From Nitrospirota bacterium (GTDB lineage Bacteria > Nitrospirota > UBA9217), in the NCBI GenBank assembly GCA_963663225.1, contig OY760142.1, forward strand, positions 2,912,001 to 2,976,000: DNA of 64,000 nt, in the 5' to 3' direction. The position numbers and the translations under genes were made by a program. A model generated the notes under the pieces. The model was not told the origin of the DNA. It did not search any database and was given only the letters and a program-made list of their open reading frames with translations. Within the stretch, counting starts at the first letter, position 1; every line of letters starts with the position of its first letter. Shown here one piece after another: positions 40,036 to 51,075 of this stretch.

Positions 40036-41034
40036 CTACGATTTGCTTAAATTCCAGCGAAGAAGCCGATACAGGTCCTTCGGGTTTGAAAAAGCAATCC
40101 GCTGCACAGTCGCCTCAAACCCGCTGTGGACCATACAATCCCTGCAGCGAGGGTCGAGACCTGCCTCATACTTCTTCCAATCCGTTTTTTCCATCATTTC
40201 TGCATACGACGCATAGTAGGCGTCGGTTATAAGATAACAGGGTGATTTCCATCCCAGAGGATTTCTGGTCGGATTGCCCCACGGAGTGCATCGCATCTGT
40301 CTCCGCCCGGTCAGGAAGTCAAGGTACAAAGGAGAACTCATAAATGGAAACTTATTAAAATCCATCCTGCTGAATTTTTCAGCCGCTTCCTCTCTGCTCA
40401 AAAAAATGTCATTCTCAACCCGCTCATAGCTGAATGCCGGCGAGATGAGTATGCCGTTTACACGGAGGTTTTTTAGCAGTGTGAACAATGATTCCAATTC
40501 TTTGTCATCGGTATTTTTAAACACCGAAGTGTTCGTGCTTACTCTGAACCCTTTTTCTTTTGCGAGTTTAATAGCGCCGATTGCCTTTTTGAATGTACCC
40601 GGCCGGTTGGCTATGCGGTCATGGGTCGCCTCCATCCCGTCAAGATGGATGTTCAGCGTCAGTCTTGAACTCGGCTTGAAGTCATCAATAAAAGACTCCA
40701 TAAGGATGCCGTTCGAGCAAAGATAAATCTGCTTTTTCCGGCGGATCAATTCCGCAACCAACGGCTTCAGATCCTTGTATAATGTCGGTTCACCACCGGT
40801 AATAGTCACCACCGGTGCATCCGCTTCTTTGACGGCATCAAGACATTGCGCAAGCGACAAATCTGATGTATGTTCCTGGTCGTACAAACGGATCCGGTCG
40901 CAACCCGCGCAGTCCAGATTGCATCTGTGGGTGGGCTCCAGCATGAGGACCAGTGGAAACTTGTCTTGTTTTTTTCTCGAATTCTGAATGAAGGCCTTGG
41001 CTATTGATGTGTACAGACTGATAGGAAAACGCAT
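40036..41034 (-). CDS. hpnH: Adenosylhopane synthase radical SAM
   Basis: FPLVLMLEP, CNLDCAGC, CTPWGNPTRNPLGWKSPCYL, DPRCRDCMVHSGFE. Confidence 0.92.
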   Translation of the reverse strand: MRFPISLYTSIAKAFIQNSRKKQDKFPLVLMLEPTHRCNLDCAGCDRIRLYDQEHTSDLSLAQCLDAVKEADAPVVTITGGEPTLYKDLKPLVAELIRRKKQIYLCSNGILMESFIDDFKPSSRLTLNIHLDGMEATHDRIANRPGTFKKAIGAIKLAKEKGFRVSTNTSVFKNTDDKELESLFTLLKNLRVNGILISPAFSYERVENDIFLSREEAAEKFSRMDFNKFPFMSSPLYLDFLTGRRQMRCTPWGNPTRNPLGWKSPCYLITDAYYASYAEMMEKTDWKKYEAGLDPRCRDCMVHSGFEATVQRIAFSNPKDLYRLLRWNLSKS

Positions 41035-41206
41035 ACAAACCTCTCTACCGTGATAAAATAACCATTGGAACAGTTATTTTTTATTCATTGTTGAACAGTT
41101 CGGTGTGATGTGCGGGGTTGATACCGGCAATTACCTGAACAGGAAAACATTCAAGAAGAAAAACGCTTGGAGGCTGTCTTTGAAACAGCCTCCGGGAATT
41201 TGCATT

Positions 41207-43279
41207 TCACTGTTTCATCCCTGTGAACAATGTTTGAAAGTAGAACTTGCCGAGAGCCATCAGGGGGAAACAATTCCGGTAATTATGATATCGAATGAAA
41301 AAGTGTTTCGGGAAACCGGTGCCGGTAAAGGATTCTTCATCCCACGTCCCGTCTTCCTTCTGATGCCTGAGAAGATAGGCCACTCCCTTTAAGACTTCCT
41401 GCGAACCAGCTTCACCAGCTGAAATCAAAGCGAGAATAGCCCAGGCCGTTTGCGAAGGGGTGCTTTCAACGCATCCCTGAGGAAGATCGTCATTATAAGA
41501 CGCGCAACTCTCTCCCCAGCCTCCGTCAAGGTTTTGTGACGATTTCAGCCAAGAAACTGTTTTTCGTATATAGGGACTCGCCATATCTTCACCGATTGCA
41601 CGCAATCCGGCGAGAACCGTGCTGGTACCGTACAGGTAGTTTACACCCCACCTGCCCCACCATGAACCGTTGTCTTCCTGTTCACGTTTTATAAATGCTA
41701 GTGCGCGCTTCACGCGGGGGTCCGATCGTTTGAAATGCAGCGTTCCCAGAAGTTCCAGAACCCGGCCGGTAAGGTCCGCTGTGCTGGGGTCGATCATTGC
41801 TTTGAGATCTCCGTAGGGCAGATTGTTCAAAAAATCCTTGTTGTTGTCCACATCAAAGGCACCCCAGCCGCCGTCTTTTCCCTGCATGCCAAGAACCCAA
41901 TTCACTCCTTTTTGGAGGTTTTCTGGCGTTACAAAGTTTGTATCCGCAAAATGGTTTAAATAAAGAAGAACTATGCCGGTATCATCCACATCAGGATACC
42001 AGCTGTTGTCAAATTCAAAAGCCCACCCGCCCGGTTCGAGATTCGGTCTTTTAATGCTCCAGTCGCCCTTCTGGAAAATCTGTTTTGATGCCAGCCAGGA
42101 GCACGCTTTTTCCAGCGCCGGGTGGTTTCGTTCCACACCGGAGGAGATCAACCCAATGCCGGTAAGAGCAGTGTCCCAGATGGGAGAGATGCATGATTGG
42201 AGCGTCAATTCGTCTTCCGTTTCGATGGTAAATCTCTTGAGTGCTTCAAGTCCTTTTTTCACCGGTTCAGAATTATTGTCATATCCCAACAACGCCAGCG
42301 CAAGAAGAGAATTCACCATTGCAGGCTGGATACCTCCCCAGTCGCCGCTCTCATCCTGGTGGTCAAGAATCCATTGCTCGGTCCTTTTCACGGCCGTTTT
42401 CATAAAGGGGCGCACCGGAAGATTTTCCCATACCTTCAAGAGGCCGTCCATGCTCAGGCAGATGGTGTAAATCCCGGAGATATTCTGTGCCGGAAGGTTG
42501 TCCCAGGTCTTTAAAATGCTGTTGAATACAAACGGCACCTTTTTCCAAGAAAATGGCGCCAGCTTTTCCGGGGCCGTTTCCGGCACCCAAATAGGGTCCT
42601 GATAAATTTCACGGATAAATGCACTTTCCGGGATTTCTTTCACCGGTTTATGCATCAGGACCACGGTCAGCGGCACGATGGTGGAGCGAGCCCAACTCGA
42701 ACAGGTATAAATATTGATCGGAAACCACGAAGGGAACAGATTGACTTCTATGGGAAGAGAAGGAAGTGCTTTCCAGTCGAATTGTCCGAACAAAGAAAGA
42801 TACACTTTCGTGAACACCCTTGTTGCCTCTACTCCCCCGTTCCGGAGAATAAATTCCCGCGCTTTTTTTAACGGTTCGCTGTCTGGCGATACGCCGGCAA
42901 GCTTTAAGGCAAAATACGCTTCCACTGTTGTGCTGATATCTCCAGGGCCTCCCCAATACAATGCCCATGTCCCATCTGAACGTTGATGGCGGAGAATGTT
43001 GTTGGTAATCTTTCTGTCCGTTTCTTCATCGCGCAAGTCCAGAAAATGAAGAAGCATCAGGTATTCCGCCGTTATCGTCACATTGGATTCAAGTTCATAC
43101 CACCAGTAGCCATCCGGATGTTGCTGCTCAAGATAATATGATTGCGTTTGCCGCAGAGAGGCGGACAGCCGCCCTAAGAGGGTTTCCCGATTCAGGAAAG
43201 CATATACCTCTTCAGAACCGGATTCCTGTGGAGTGGAATTATCTTTTAACGTGGTCATGTCTTTCTTATGCTGCGACAT
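41207..43279 (-). CDS. shc: Squalene-hopene cyclase
   Basis: YPDVDDT (DXDD), QW repeats, WDTAL, WWGRWGVNY, FTGTGFP. Confidence 0.96.
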   Translation of the reverse strand: MSQHKKDMTTLKDNSTPQESGSEEVYAFLNRETLLGRLSASLRQTQSYYLEQQHPDGYWWYELESNVTITAEYLMLLHFLDLRDEETDRKITNNILRHQRSDGTWALYWGGPGDISTTVEAYFALKLAGVSPDSEPLKKAREFILRNGGVEATRVFTKVYLSLFGQFDWKALPSLPIEVNLFPSWFPINIYTCSSWARSTIVPLTVVLMHKPVKEIPESAFIREIYQDPIWVPETAPEKLAPFSWKKVPFVFNSILKTWDNLPAQNISGIYTICLSMDGLLKVWENLPVRPFMKTAVKRTEQWILDHQDESGDWGGIQPAMVNSLLALALLGYDNNSEPVKKGLEALKRFTIETEDELTLQSCISPIWDTALTGIGLISSGVERNHPALEKACSWLASKQIFQKGDWSIKRPNLEPGGWAFEFDNSWYPDVDDTGIVLLYLNHFADTNFVTPENLQKGVNWVLGMQGKDGGWGAFDVDNNKDFLNNLPYGDLKAMIDPSTADLTGRVLELLGTLHFKRSDPRVKRALAFIKREQEDNGSWWGRWGVNYLYGTSTVLAGLRAIGEDMASPYIRKTVSWLKSSQNLDGGWGESCASYNDDLPQGCVESTPSQTAWAILALISAGEAGSQEVLKGVAYLLRHQKEDGTWDEESFTGTGFPKHFFIRYHNYRNCFPLMALGKFYFQTLFTGMKQ

Positions 43280-43549
43280 CTGGGCTCCTTATCGAACTGT
43301 CTTGTGTGATAAACTTTCTGCAGACGCGTTGTTCTTGTCATCCCGTGGTCTATTATCCTGCGCTTTGATAAAAGGCAGAAAGCAACTCATGCGAAAACAA
43401 AATATAATAGTTCATTCCATATTTATAGCTTAATTTTCAGTTAAAAGCAAGAAAAGAATTTAGATAGAAAGCTAAGACCGGTTTCTGCTCACAGAAGGTC
43501 GTATTGTGGATGATTGCTGCCGATTTTCGAGTTCTCTTGTTTTCATGCC

Positions 43550-46225
43550 TTATATTACATTTGCGTCATTTGGCTTATCATTTTTGCTCAATGATTTGAT
43601 CCGATTTCCAAAAAGCTGAAACATGGCCGGCATCAGAACAAGGGTGCTGATAATCAGGAAACCGAAGCACACGGTGAGTAATATCCCTATGCTCGCAATT
43701 CCGCGATGCGATGAAAACGCCAAACTGCCTGTGCTGATCATGGTTGTCAGGGAGCTGAATAAAATCGCCCGGGCAGTGCTTGTCTTCAGCATGTTTCCGT
43801 CTGCGGGAGGCTCGGTCTGATACCGGAGCGTAAACAGTATGCCGTTATGGACCCCCACTCCCAGCAGCAGCGGCACGACAATCACATTGGCAAAGTTCAG
43901 TGGAATATTAAGAAGCACCGAGGAGGCAGCCGTCAACAGCATTGCAAGCGCCAGGGGAATTAAGATCAGCACGGTTACCAAAAAACTCCTCATGGAGACA
44001 AGAAGAAAAATGGTTATGGCAACCAGCGCAAGGAGGACGGCTAATTGAAAGGATGAAATGACCGCCATTCCCGCTTCATAAACAGTTATGGGAGAGTCTG
44101 TTCCGTCCTGCGTCAATCCGCGCAAAGCGTACACAAAGCGGACAAGCGCATCTCTATTCAGAACGTTTTCTTTGGGAAATACCTGTATACGGTACCGCCC
44201 GTCGGACGCCACATACTGGTCTTTCAACTCCTGGGGAATATCTGAAAACCGCACATTTTTCGGAGAAAGTGAAATATCCAGCTTTTTGAACAAATCCGGC
44301 AGGTTTGACAACATCCCCTGCTCCAACAGGGTAAATGCTTTGCATCCCTTTTCAGGATTTTCCTGAAGCGATTTAAAGCGCTGAAGCTGTAGATGGAGTT
44401 CCTGTAACGTCGCAGGAGAACCGCCGGCAGAGGCACGGAGCGCCTTTTGGACCGTTTTGTCCAGCGCGTTCAGCGCCGCAACATCCTGTCGGCATGATGC
44501 AGGTTTTACGGAAATATGACCGAGCGGTGGCATAAAAAACCGGACATCGGCAAGAATGGCCTGTTTCTGCGTCTGCTGCTCCGGGATAAAATCAAATATC
44601 GTGATTGCCATGTTGACTTCTTTAAGCTTCCCTATTTTTTCGGCAAGTGCTGCTGTTTCCTTTTTCCCTTTCACAAGGACCGACGCGGTCCAGGGGGTTG
44701 CATCCGGATCTTTAAAGAGATCCTGAACTGTTTGGAGCGCTTCAGATTTTGGATTGTAAAGATTCAACGGATTATAGTCGAAATATACTTTCGGCAAAAA
44801 TGCAAGGGCCCCCATTCCCAATATCAAAGAAACGACGATGATTGTTTTTGGATAGGTATATGGTATGGTTGCAACTCTCTGCACCGGGAATACGAATTGT
44901 TTTTTATTCTCCCGTACGGGGAAAATCGTCAGCAGTGCAGGCAAAAGCGTCATATTTGCAAAAAAGCTGATGAACATCCCCGTGCCGGCTATGAGTCCGA
45001 GATCGGTGACGCCCGCATATGCCGTCGGTGAGAAAGAATAGAAACCGATGGCGGTCGTGATGCAACTGAAGAGCAGTCCTCTTCCCACCCCTTTTGCCGT
45101 AGTGAGGTCGCTCTCCTGGAATCCGGCCCCAGAAACGAGCAATTCCCTGAAACGGAGGCAAAATTGAATGCTGTAATCAATTCCCAGGCCTATAAAGAGC
45201 ACAGCAAAGGTCATGGAAATCATGTTGAGACTGCCGATAAAAAAGACCGCAAATCCTAAAGTCCAGATGAGACCAACAAGCAAGGTCAGGAGACTCGAAA
45301 AGATAAGTCTGCCTGATCTCCACAACCCGATGTACAAAATAAGGGCCACCAGCATAAAGGATGCAACCGTGGCTATGCCGACACTGTTACGAACCTCCTC
45401 CAGGTTCTCCTGATCAAGGGCCATATCACCGGTAATACGGACCGTTACGCCGTCGACATTCGCAAGGCCGAGTTGCTGTATCATGGCGCGCACAGCATCA
45501 AGCGGTTCCTGGCCGGCCGCAAGTTGCGTAAAATCCATGACCGGCTGAACAATGATGAATTGCCGTCTCTGGCGGGCGTTTTCCTTTTCCCCGAGCATGA
45601 GTTCCTGCCACGGCAAGGAGTATGGTCGGTCGTTGGCCGCGTTTTCAAGTGAACGGCTCATTTCGTCGAATAGTTTCAGCGCCCGTTTATCCTTCAGTGG
45701 CCCTTCTTCGGGATGTTCCAGAATCGTTCTATAGACGGAAAAGAGACCGGGCAAACTCATGTCCTTCGATAACAATCCAAGAAACGGCTGTGCGGCAGCC
45801 ATATTATCGGCGAAATCCTGCAATTCGGCCACAGTGAGATAGAGAAGTCCGTTCTGTTCGAAGAAATTTCCTCCGCCGGGCACATACATGTTTTTAAAGC
45901 GTTCTTTTTTCTTGTTCAGACCTTCGACAAGCCGGTCTCTTGCAGAGACGGCAAGGTCCGCGCTCTTAGCATCAATAACCAGAACAATGGTGTTTGAAAG
46001 GTTCGGAAATGCCTGGATGAAGTCTTTCTCGACCTGACGGTAATGAAGCTTTGACGAGATCATGTTGGAGCTGTCAAGGTCGATGTTAAAGTGCGTTATC
46101 GAATAAAAAAGCACTATTGCCGTGGAAATAAGAGCTGCGGTAAGTATCGTGCGGGCGTGCCGCTGAACGGAATCGACCCACCAGGAAAGGATCTTCTGTA
46201 TATATTCTTTATGCTGTGCCGTCAT
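43550..46225 (-). CDS. hpnN: Hopanoid RND/MMPL transporter
   Basis: NGLLYL, FAVLFIGLGIDY, LNFANVIVVPLLLGVGV, SSHRGIASIG; adjacent to shc. Confidence 0.88.
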   Translation of the reverse strand: MTAQHKEYIQKILSWWVDSVQRHARTILTAALISTAIVLFYSITHFNIDLDSSNMISSKLHYRQVEKDFIQAFPNLSNTIVLVIDAKSADLAVSARDRLVEGLNKKKERFKNMYVPGGGNFFEQNGLLYLTVAELQDFADNMAAAQPFLGLLSKDMSLPGLFSVYRTILEHPEEGPLKDKRALKLFDEMSRSLENAANDRPYSLPWQELMLGEKENARQRRQFIIVQPVMDFTQLAAGQEPLDAVRAMIQQLGLANVDGVTVRITGDMALDQENLEEVRNSVGIATVASFMLVALILYIGLWRSGRLIFSSLLTLLVGLIWTLGFAVFFIGSLNMISMTFAVLFIGLGIDYSIQFCLRFRELLVSGAGFQESDLTTAKGVGRGLLFSCITTAIGFYSFSPTAYAGVTDLGLIAGTGMFISFFANMTLLPALLTIFPVRENKKQFVFPVQRVATIPYTYPKTIIVVSLILGMGALAFLPKVYFDYNPLNLYNPKSEALQTVQDLFKDPDATPWTASVLVKGKKETAALAEKIGKLKEVNMAITIFDFIPEQQTQKQAILADVRFFMPPLGHISVKPASCRQDVAALNALDKTVQKALRASAGGSPATLQELHLQLQRFKSLQENPEKGCKAFTLLEQGMLSNLPDLFKKLDISLSPKNVRFSDIPQELKDQYVASDGRYRIQVFPKENVLNRDALVRFVYALRGLTQDGTDSPITVYEAGMAVISSFQLAVLLALVAITIFLLVSMRSFLVTVLILIPLALAMLLTAASSVLLNIPLNFANVIVVPLLLGVGVHNGILFTLRYQTEPPADGNMLKTSTARAILFSSLTTMISTGSLAFSSHRGIASIGILLTVCFGFLIISTLVLMPAMFQLFGNRIKSLSKNDKPNDANVI

Positions 46226-46557
46226 TGTATACGTTACCGCCGTTTTTTAACCTTCCCGGTCGTGGCCGCTGATGAAGCAACAGGACAGTCTGAGCGATGG
46301 CATAATACATACCAGAAAACATGCACTGTTCCTGCAGGGATTATCCATATCCGGGAAGGAATGAATGCGCGCTGAAGCTGCATGGCGCGGGAAACCGTGT
46401 TCCACTAAAAGTACCTGGTTGTGCGCCGCTTCCGGTGATGGTGTGACAGGATATTGAACCTGCCATGCTGCGCAAAGGGTAATTTTTTTGTTGCTATAAT
46501 AGCAGAAATCATATATTTTGGACACTTAAAAATATCAAAAAACAGAAAGAGGTAACA

Positions 46558-47199
46558 ATGCAGGACAGCTCACAAACATGGACTAAACTTTTTTCCCCGA
46601 TTATTGTTCTGATAGCCGTATGCATAATCGCGTCGCCGCATATTGCCATGGCAGATCATCCGGGGCCGAAAGAAAGCATCCAGTCATTGAACGCTTCACT
46701 CCTGGACGCCATGCAACGCGCTGATGCACTTGGCTATGGAGGGCGCTATAAACTGCTGGAACCGGTCATCAAAGATACGTTTGCTTTTTCTTTCATGGGA
46801 TCGAAATCGGTCGGCAGGTTCTGGGAAAAACTGAGCGAAGAGCAAAGAAGCATGTTCTCCAAAACGTATGAAGAATGGTCCATTGCAACCTATGCGGGAC
46901 GCTTTGACGGCTATTCCGGAGAAAAATTCGAGGTCATTTCAGAATCAACACCGGTTCAGGGAACAGTCACGGTAATCAGCAAGTTAATCCAGGCGAATGA
47001 AGAACCGATCACCTTTTACTATTTGATGCGCATGATCGACGGCAGGTGGCGCGTCGTTGACATTCAAATATCCGGTGTAAGCCAGCTTGCGCTCACACGG
47101 GCGCAATTTTCCGATGTCCTGAAATCAAAAGGCTTCACCGCACTAATTACGATGCTGAAGGAAAAAACCGCTGCATTTGCAAAACCCAAAAAACAGTAA
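46558..47199 (+). CDS. HpnM/MlaC-like periplasmic lipid-binding protein
   Basis: Signal peptide, YAGRFDGYSGEKF, WRVVDI...GVSQLALTRAQF. Confidence 0.8.
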   Translation: MQDSSQTWTKLFSPIIVLIAVCIIASPHIAMADHPGPKESIQSLNASLLDAMQRADALGYGGRYKLLEPVIKDTFAFSFMGSKSVGRFWEKLSEEQRSMFSKTYEEWSIATYAGRFDGYSGEKFEVISESTPVQGTVTVISKLIQANEEPITFYYLMRMIDGRWRVVDIQISGVSQLALTRAQFSDVLKSKGFTALITMLKEKTAAFAKPKKQ

Positions 47200-47200
47200 C

Positions 47201-48031
47201 ATGACTTCGTTTTATTTGAAAAACAACAGCGTGCAAAAAACAATCAGGCTGTCATTCACCCTCAGCCTTGTCTTTATGCTTTTTGCCTGTGCTTCCGGCA
47301 AACACACACAGCCAGATCTGCAGGAACCGGCAAAAAATGAGACCCCCGCACGACCACAGGCCCCCGCCGCTGAACAACAGGCCGCACAGGATGCAATCCC
47401 GGGTTTTGACAACCTGGAAGAAGAGCCCGTGGCAGACCCGCTTGAACCCTGGAACAGGGCGATGTTCACCTTCAACGACAAAGTATACTTCTGGGCCATG
47501 AAACCTGTGATAAAAGGGTATAATTGGGTTGTTCCGGAAGTGGCACGGAAATCAATTCATAATTTCTTTGTTAATATTGAAATGCCCAGCCGATTCATAA
47601 GTTCGTTGCTGCAGTTGCAGCTTAAAGCGGCCGGGGTGGAACTCGCCCGATTTGCCATTAATTCCACCATCGGCATAGCGGGACTTTTCGATGTTGCCAT
47701 GAGCACATTCAAGCTCGAACGCCAGATAAAAGACCTCGGCCAGACCCTTGGGAAATACGGCATTGGTGAAGGCTTTTATATTATCTGGCCTTTTCTCGGC
47801 CCCTCGTCCGCACGGGACACCATAGGCATCGCTGGCGAAATATACTTGTCGCCATGGGCGCACGTTAATCCCGCTGCTGCAGCAGCCGGCATCGGCGGCT
47901 TCGGATATTTTAACAAAGCATCCCTTGAATCGAATGAATATGAAGAATTGGTCAGTACAGCAGTGGAGCCGTATTCTGCCCTCAAAAATGCTTTTATTCA
48001 ATATCGAAGAGACATTGTAAAAAACAAGTAA
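47201..48031 (+). CDS. mlaA: MlaA/VacJ-family outer-membrane lipoprotein
   Basis: Lipobox LFAC, DPLEPWNRAMFTFND, INSTIGIAGLFDVA, GPSSARD. Confidence 0.88.
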   Translation: MTSFYLKNNSVQKTIRLSFTLSLVFMLFACASGKHTQPDLQEPAKNETPARPQAPAAEQQAAQDAIPGFDNLEEEPVADPLEPWNRAMFTFNDKVYFWAMKPVIKGYNWVVPEVARKSIHNFFVNIEMPSRFISSLLQLQLKAAGVELARFAINSTIGIAGLFDVAMSTFKLERQIKDLGQTLGKYGIGEGFYIIWPFLGPSSARDTIGIAGEIYLSPWAHVNPAAAAAGIGGFGYFNKASLESNEYEELVSTAVEPYSALKNAFIQYRRDIVKNK

Positions 48032-48219
48032 CCCCCTTCGCACACGTCACTCGGAAATTTTCTTCACCGCTTTCCCCTTCCGTTTCCAGAACAGATCCCG
48101 CAACAATCCCCACGTCAAGAACAGTACCGTATCGAATTTTAAAAAAAAAATTCCGGGCTTGTTTCGTGATGAATTGCAATCATGTCAAGAACATCGTATA
48201 ATCAAACAAAAGGAGAGTC

Positions 48220-50538
48220 ATGCCCCGAAAAAAAATCATACGGCTGTTGCTGATAGGGTCTGCAGGATTCTTCCTCACGGCAGTCATCACTCTGACAATT
48301 GCCGGATCCTGGTATGTCAACTCCGACCGGTTTCAAAATAATATTCGATCAATCGTAACGGAAAAGCTCGGCAATCATGTACAGTTCCAGCGGGTAAGTC
48401 TTTCTCTTTTGTTTCGTCCGCACCTGACTTTTTACAATGTCAATGTCTCCGTGCCGGAAACAACAACCGGCACCGTACAGGCAATACATATCTATCCCAA
48501 ACTCTGGCCCCTTCTGACCGGCACGTTTCAGATAGCAAAATTCCGGGCAACAGCACCTGATTTTTCAATAAAACTTCCCGCCGAAACGGAACAGTCGAAG
48601 CGGGAAGGTATTTCCTTCTTAGACGTCAAGGAAGATATAGCATCCGTACTCAATGTTCTGCGGTCTATCGATCCCGATCTGATTATTGAGGTAAAAAACG
48701 GAAAGTTGCTTGTGTCACGCACAGAGAGCAATGCTATCTTTGCCGCACATGATATCCGGGGACGCCTCGGCCTGCTGCCGCAGGGATTTGATCTCAGCGT
48801 GTGGGGAAATCCTGACCGTCTCGGGCCTACTTCCATACACGGACGGTTTGCCGTCGCTGGAAATCGCGTTGCCGCTGACAATGTCAAAATTGCCGTATCA
48901 GACTCGACAATCGTATCGTCGGGGGAGGTTGTCCACTCCATCGGAAATATTCATCTGCTGGATATATCAATGGACGGGACGCTCGGTAAAAAAACGGTGC
49001 AATTGATATCAAGTTTCTTCAACCTGCCGCCTGAACAGACCATACGCGCGCCTCTTGCTCTTTCCCAGGCCCGCTTGATCTGGAAACCAGGTCCAGAGGC
49101 CTCGTTGAGCGGTACCTTCGCTCTTAAAAAAGGCCCCACGATTTCACTGCAAGGAAGCATGAATCCAAAAGAGCTGTCTGTTTCCCGGCTCGTCATTCAA
49201 GACACTGAATCCAGTGCCTCCCTGTCTTTTAAACATACGAAAAAAGATATAGACATTTCCTTCAAAGGAAGTCTGAATGAAAAAACCCTCGAGAAACTTT
49301 TCGAACGTACCTCCTTCCACCACGGATGGATACGGGGAAACTTCACTGCCCATATTCAGCCGGATAATCCCTGGAAATCGTCTGCCAGCGGCACTATTGA
49401 AGGTTCCAACATCATTCTTCCTCTCGGGCCGGCCACCCCTCTTAAGATAGCCGCTATCGCGCTGAAGGCGGACAATAAAACAGCAACATTGCAAAAAGGT
49501 GCATTCAGTTGGGAAGATGCAACCTTTACGCTCGCAGGAACTCTTCAGGCATCATCAGCTGGTTTCTATCTCAATATGGACCTGTCCTCCGATGCAATAA
49601 AGATAGAAACCATTCAACGGGCATTGTCTCTGGGAAACAGGGACACCAGCGTGCAGGAACAGGAAGAAGAAACAGAACATTTTCCTCTTTTCGGGACCGT
49701 CCACCTCAACGCAAACAGCATTTCATACGGACGATTTTCCACCTCCCCGGTTCAGGCAGACATCACCCTGGACCAGCGCGGCATCCACGTTGCATTTCTT
49801 AAGGCGTCACTATGCGGTATCTCTCTTCCCGGCACCATGACCGTGTTTGACGACGAATTTTTTCTTGATTTTAAACCTGATTCCGTTCAACAACCTTTTG
49901 AATCCACCCTCCTGTGCCTGACGGGTTCGGACAACACCAGGATTACCGGGACCTTTGATCTGCAGAGCCATCTGTATACACAAGGCAAAAGCGATGACCT
50001 GATCCGCACGCTGCAGGGACGAGTGACGTTCACGGCAAAAGAGGGGGAAATTTATCGGTATCCGCTTCTCGCACGAATTTTTGCTGCGATAAACATTACC
50101 GACATGATGCGGGGAAAATTCCCCGATTTAAGCCGCACGGGATTTGCCTATAATGCACTTACCGTCAAAGGCGTCATGAAAAACGGGAAACTCCTGCTGC
50201 ACGAGGCAACCATCGACGGCATCACGGCCAATCTTGCCGCTCAGGGAGAGATTGACATTGCGGATGGCAATATTGATATTACGGTACTGGTCGCACCTTT
50301 TAAAACGGTGGATTTTATCGTCAAAAACATCCCGCTGGTGGGCGATGTGCTCGGCAACACGCTGATAACAATCCCGGTGAAAGTGCAAGGAAAAATCAAT
50401 GATCCTACGGTCACCATTCTTTCTCCTACCGCGATAGGAGAAGGTCTTATCGGCATCATGAAACGCACATTGCAGCTTCCTTTTAAAGTGATACAGCCCA
50501 TACTGCCCGACAAAAAACAGAGCCAGCCGCACCAGTAA
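48220..50538 (+). CDS. AsmA-like bridge lipid-transfer protein
   Basis: N-terminal TM anchor, beta-rich body, C-terminal VAPFKTVDFIVKNIPLVG...VKVQGKINDP. Confidence 0.72.
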   Translation: MPRKKIIRLLLIGSAGFFLTAVITLTIAGSWYVNSDRFQNNIRSIVTEKLGNHVQFQRVSLSLLFRPHLTFYNVNVSVPETTTGTVQAIHIYPKLWPLLTGTFQIAKFRATAPDFSIKLPAETEQSKREGISFLDVKEDIASVLNVLRSIDPDLIIEVKNGKLLVSRTESNAIFAAHDIRGRLGLLPQGFDLSVWGNPDRLGPTSIHGRFAVAGNRVAADNVKIAVSDSTIVSSGEVVHSIGNIHLLDISMDGTLGKKTVQLISSFFNLPPEQTIRAPLALSQARLIWKPGPEASLSGTFALKKGPTISLQGSMNPKELSVSRLVIQDTESSASLSFKHTKKDIDISFKGSLNEKTLEKLFERTSFHHGWIRGNFTAHIQPDNPWKSSASGTIEGSNIILPLGPATPLKIAAIALKADNKTATLQKGAFSWEDATFTLAGTLQASSAGFYLNMDLSSDAIKIETIQRALSLGNRDTSVQEQEEETEHFPLFGTVHLNANSISYGRFSTSPVQADITLDQRGIHVAFLKASLCGISLPGTMTVFDDEFFLDFKPDSVQQPFESTLLCLTGSDNTRITGTFDLQSHLYTQGKSDDLIRTLQGRVTFTAKEGEIYRYPLLARIFAAINITDMMRGKFPDLSRTGFAYNALTVKGVMKNGKLLLHEATIDGITANLAAQGEIDIADGNIDITVLVAPFKTVDFIVKNIPLVGDVLGNTLITIPVKVQGKINDPTVTILSPTAIGEGLIGIMKRTLQLPFKVIQPILPDKKQSQPHQ

Positions 50539-50666
50539 TGCATCGTTTCAGAAACCGGAAAGAACCAGAAGAGTCGAATGACAAAGAGAGATAGGTACGT
50601 CGGTGAAAAATCGGAGAGAAAAGAATTCTCCCGCGGAATGGGGCGGAGAGACCTCGAACCACGTGT

Positions 50667-50972
50667 TTATTTTTCTATTTTGAACTTTAAAAAACCGGCA
50701 AAAAACCCTGCCGCCGCGCCGACCGCATAGAGCGCGTCGGTCCTCATCGTTACGCCCAGCAAGTTGAGCCCTTCCACAATCCACGATCCGATAACAGTAA
50801 GCGAAAGCAGCCAGGAAGTAAACGCGCCGACAATTACGCCCATGATAATGTTCGTAAACAGAAAAACAGTAAAAATGCTCATCGTTGTGAGCCACATACT
50901 GAAAAAATTACGCCAGCGGTGTTTTGTCAGCATTTCGGCAACTCCGGGGAAGAAAGCAATTGGGCACGCCAT
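50667..50972 (-). CDS. Small membrane hypothetical protein
   Basis: Hydrophobic ORF; start uncertain. Confidence 0.4.
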   Translation of the reverse strand: MACPIAFFPGVAEMLTKHRWRNFFSMWLTTMSIFTVFLFTNIIMGVIVGAFTSWLLSLTVIGSWIVEGLNLLGVTMRTDALYAVGAAAGFFAGFLKFKIEK

Positions 50973-51075
50973 CTGCCGTTTCGTTGATTAATTGTCTTGC
51001 GAAATCGTTATGCCGTCTCGATAAAAATTATCTTATAGGACACCGGTCGTCTTGTCAAGCCGTCATCGGTTCTGC

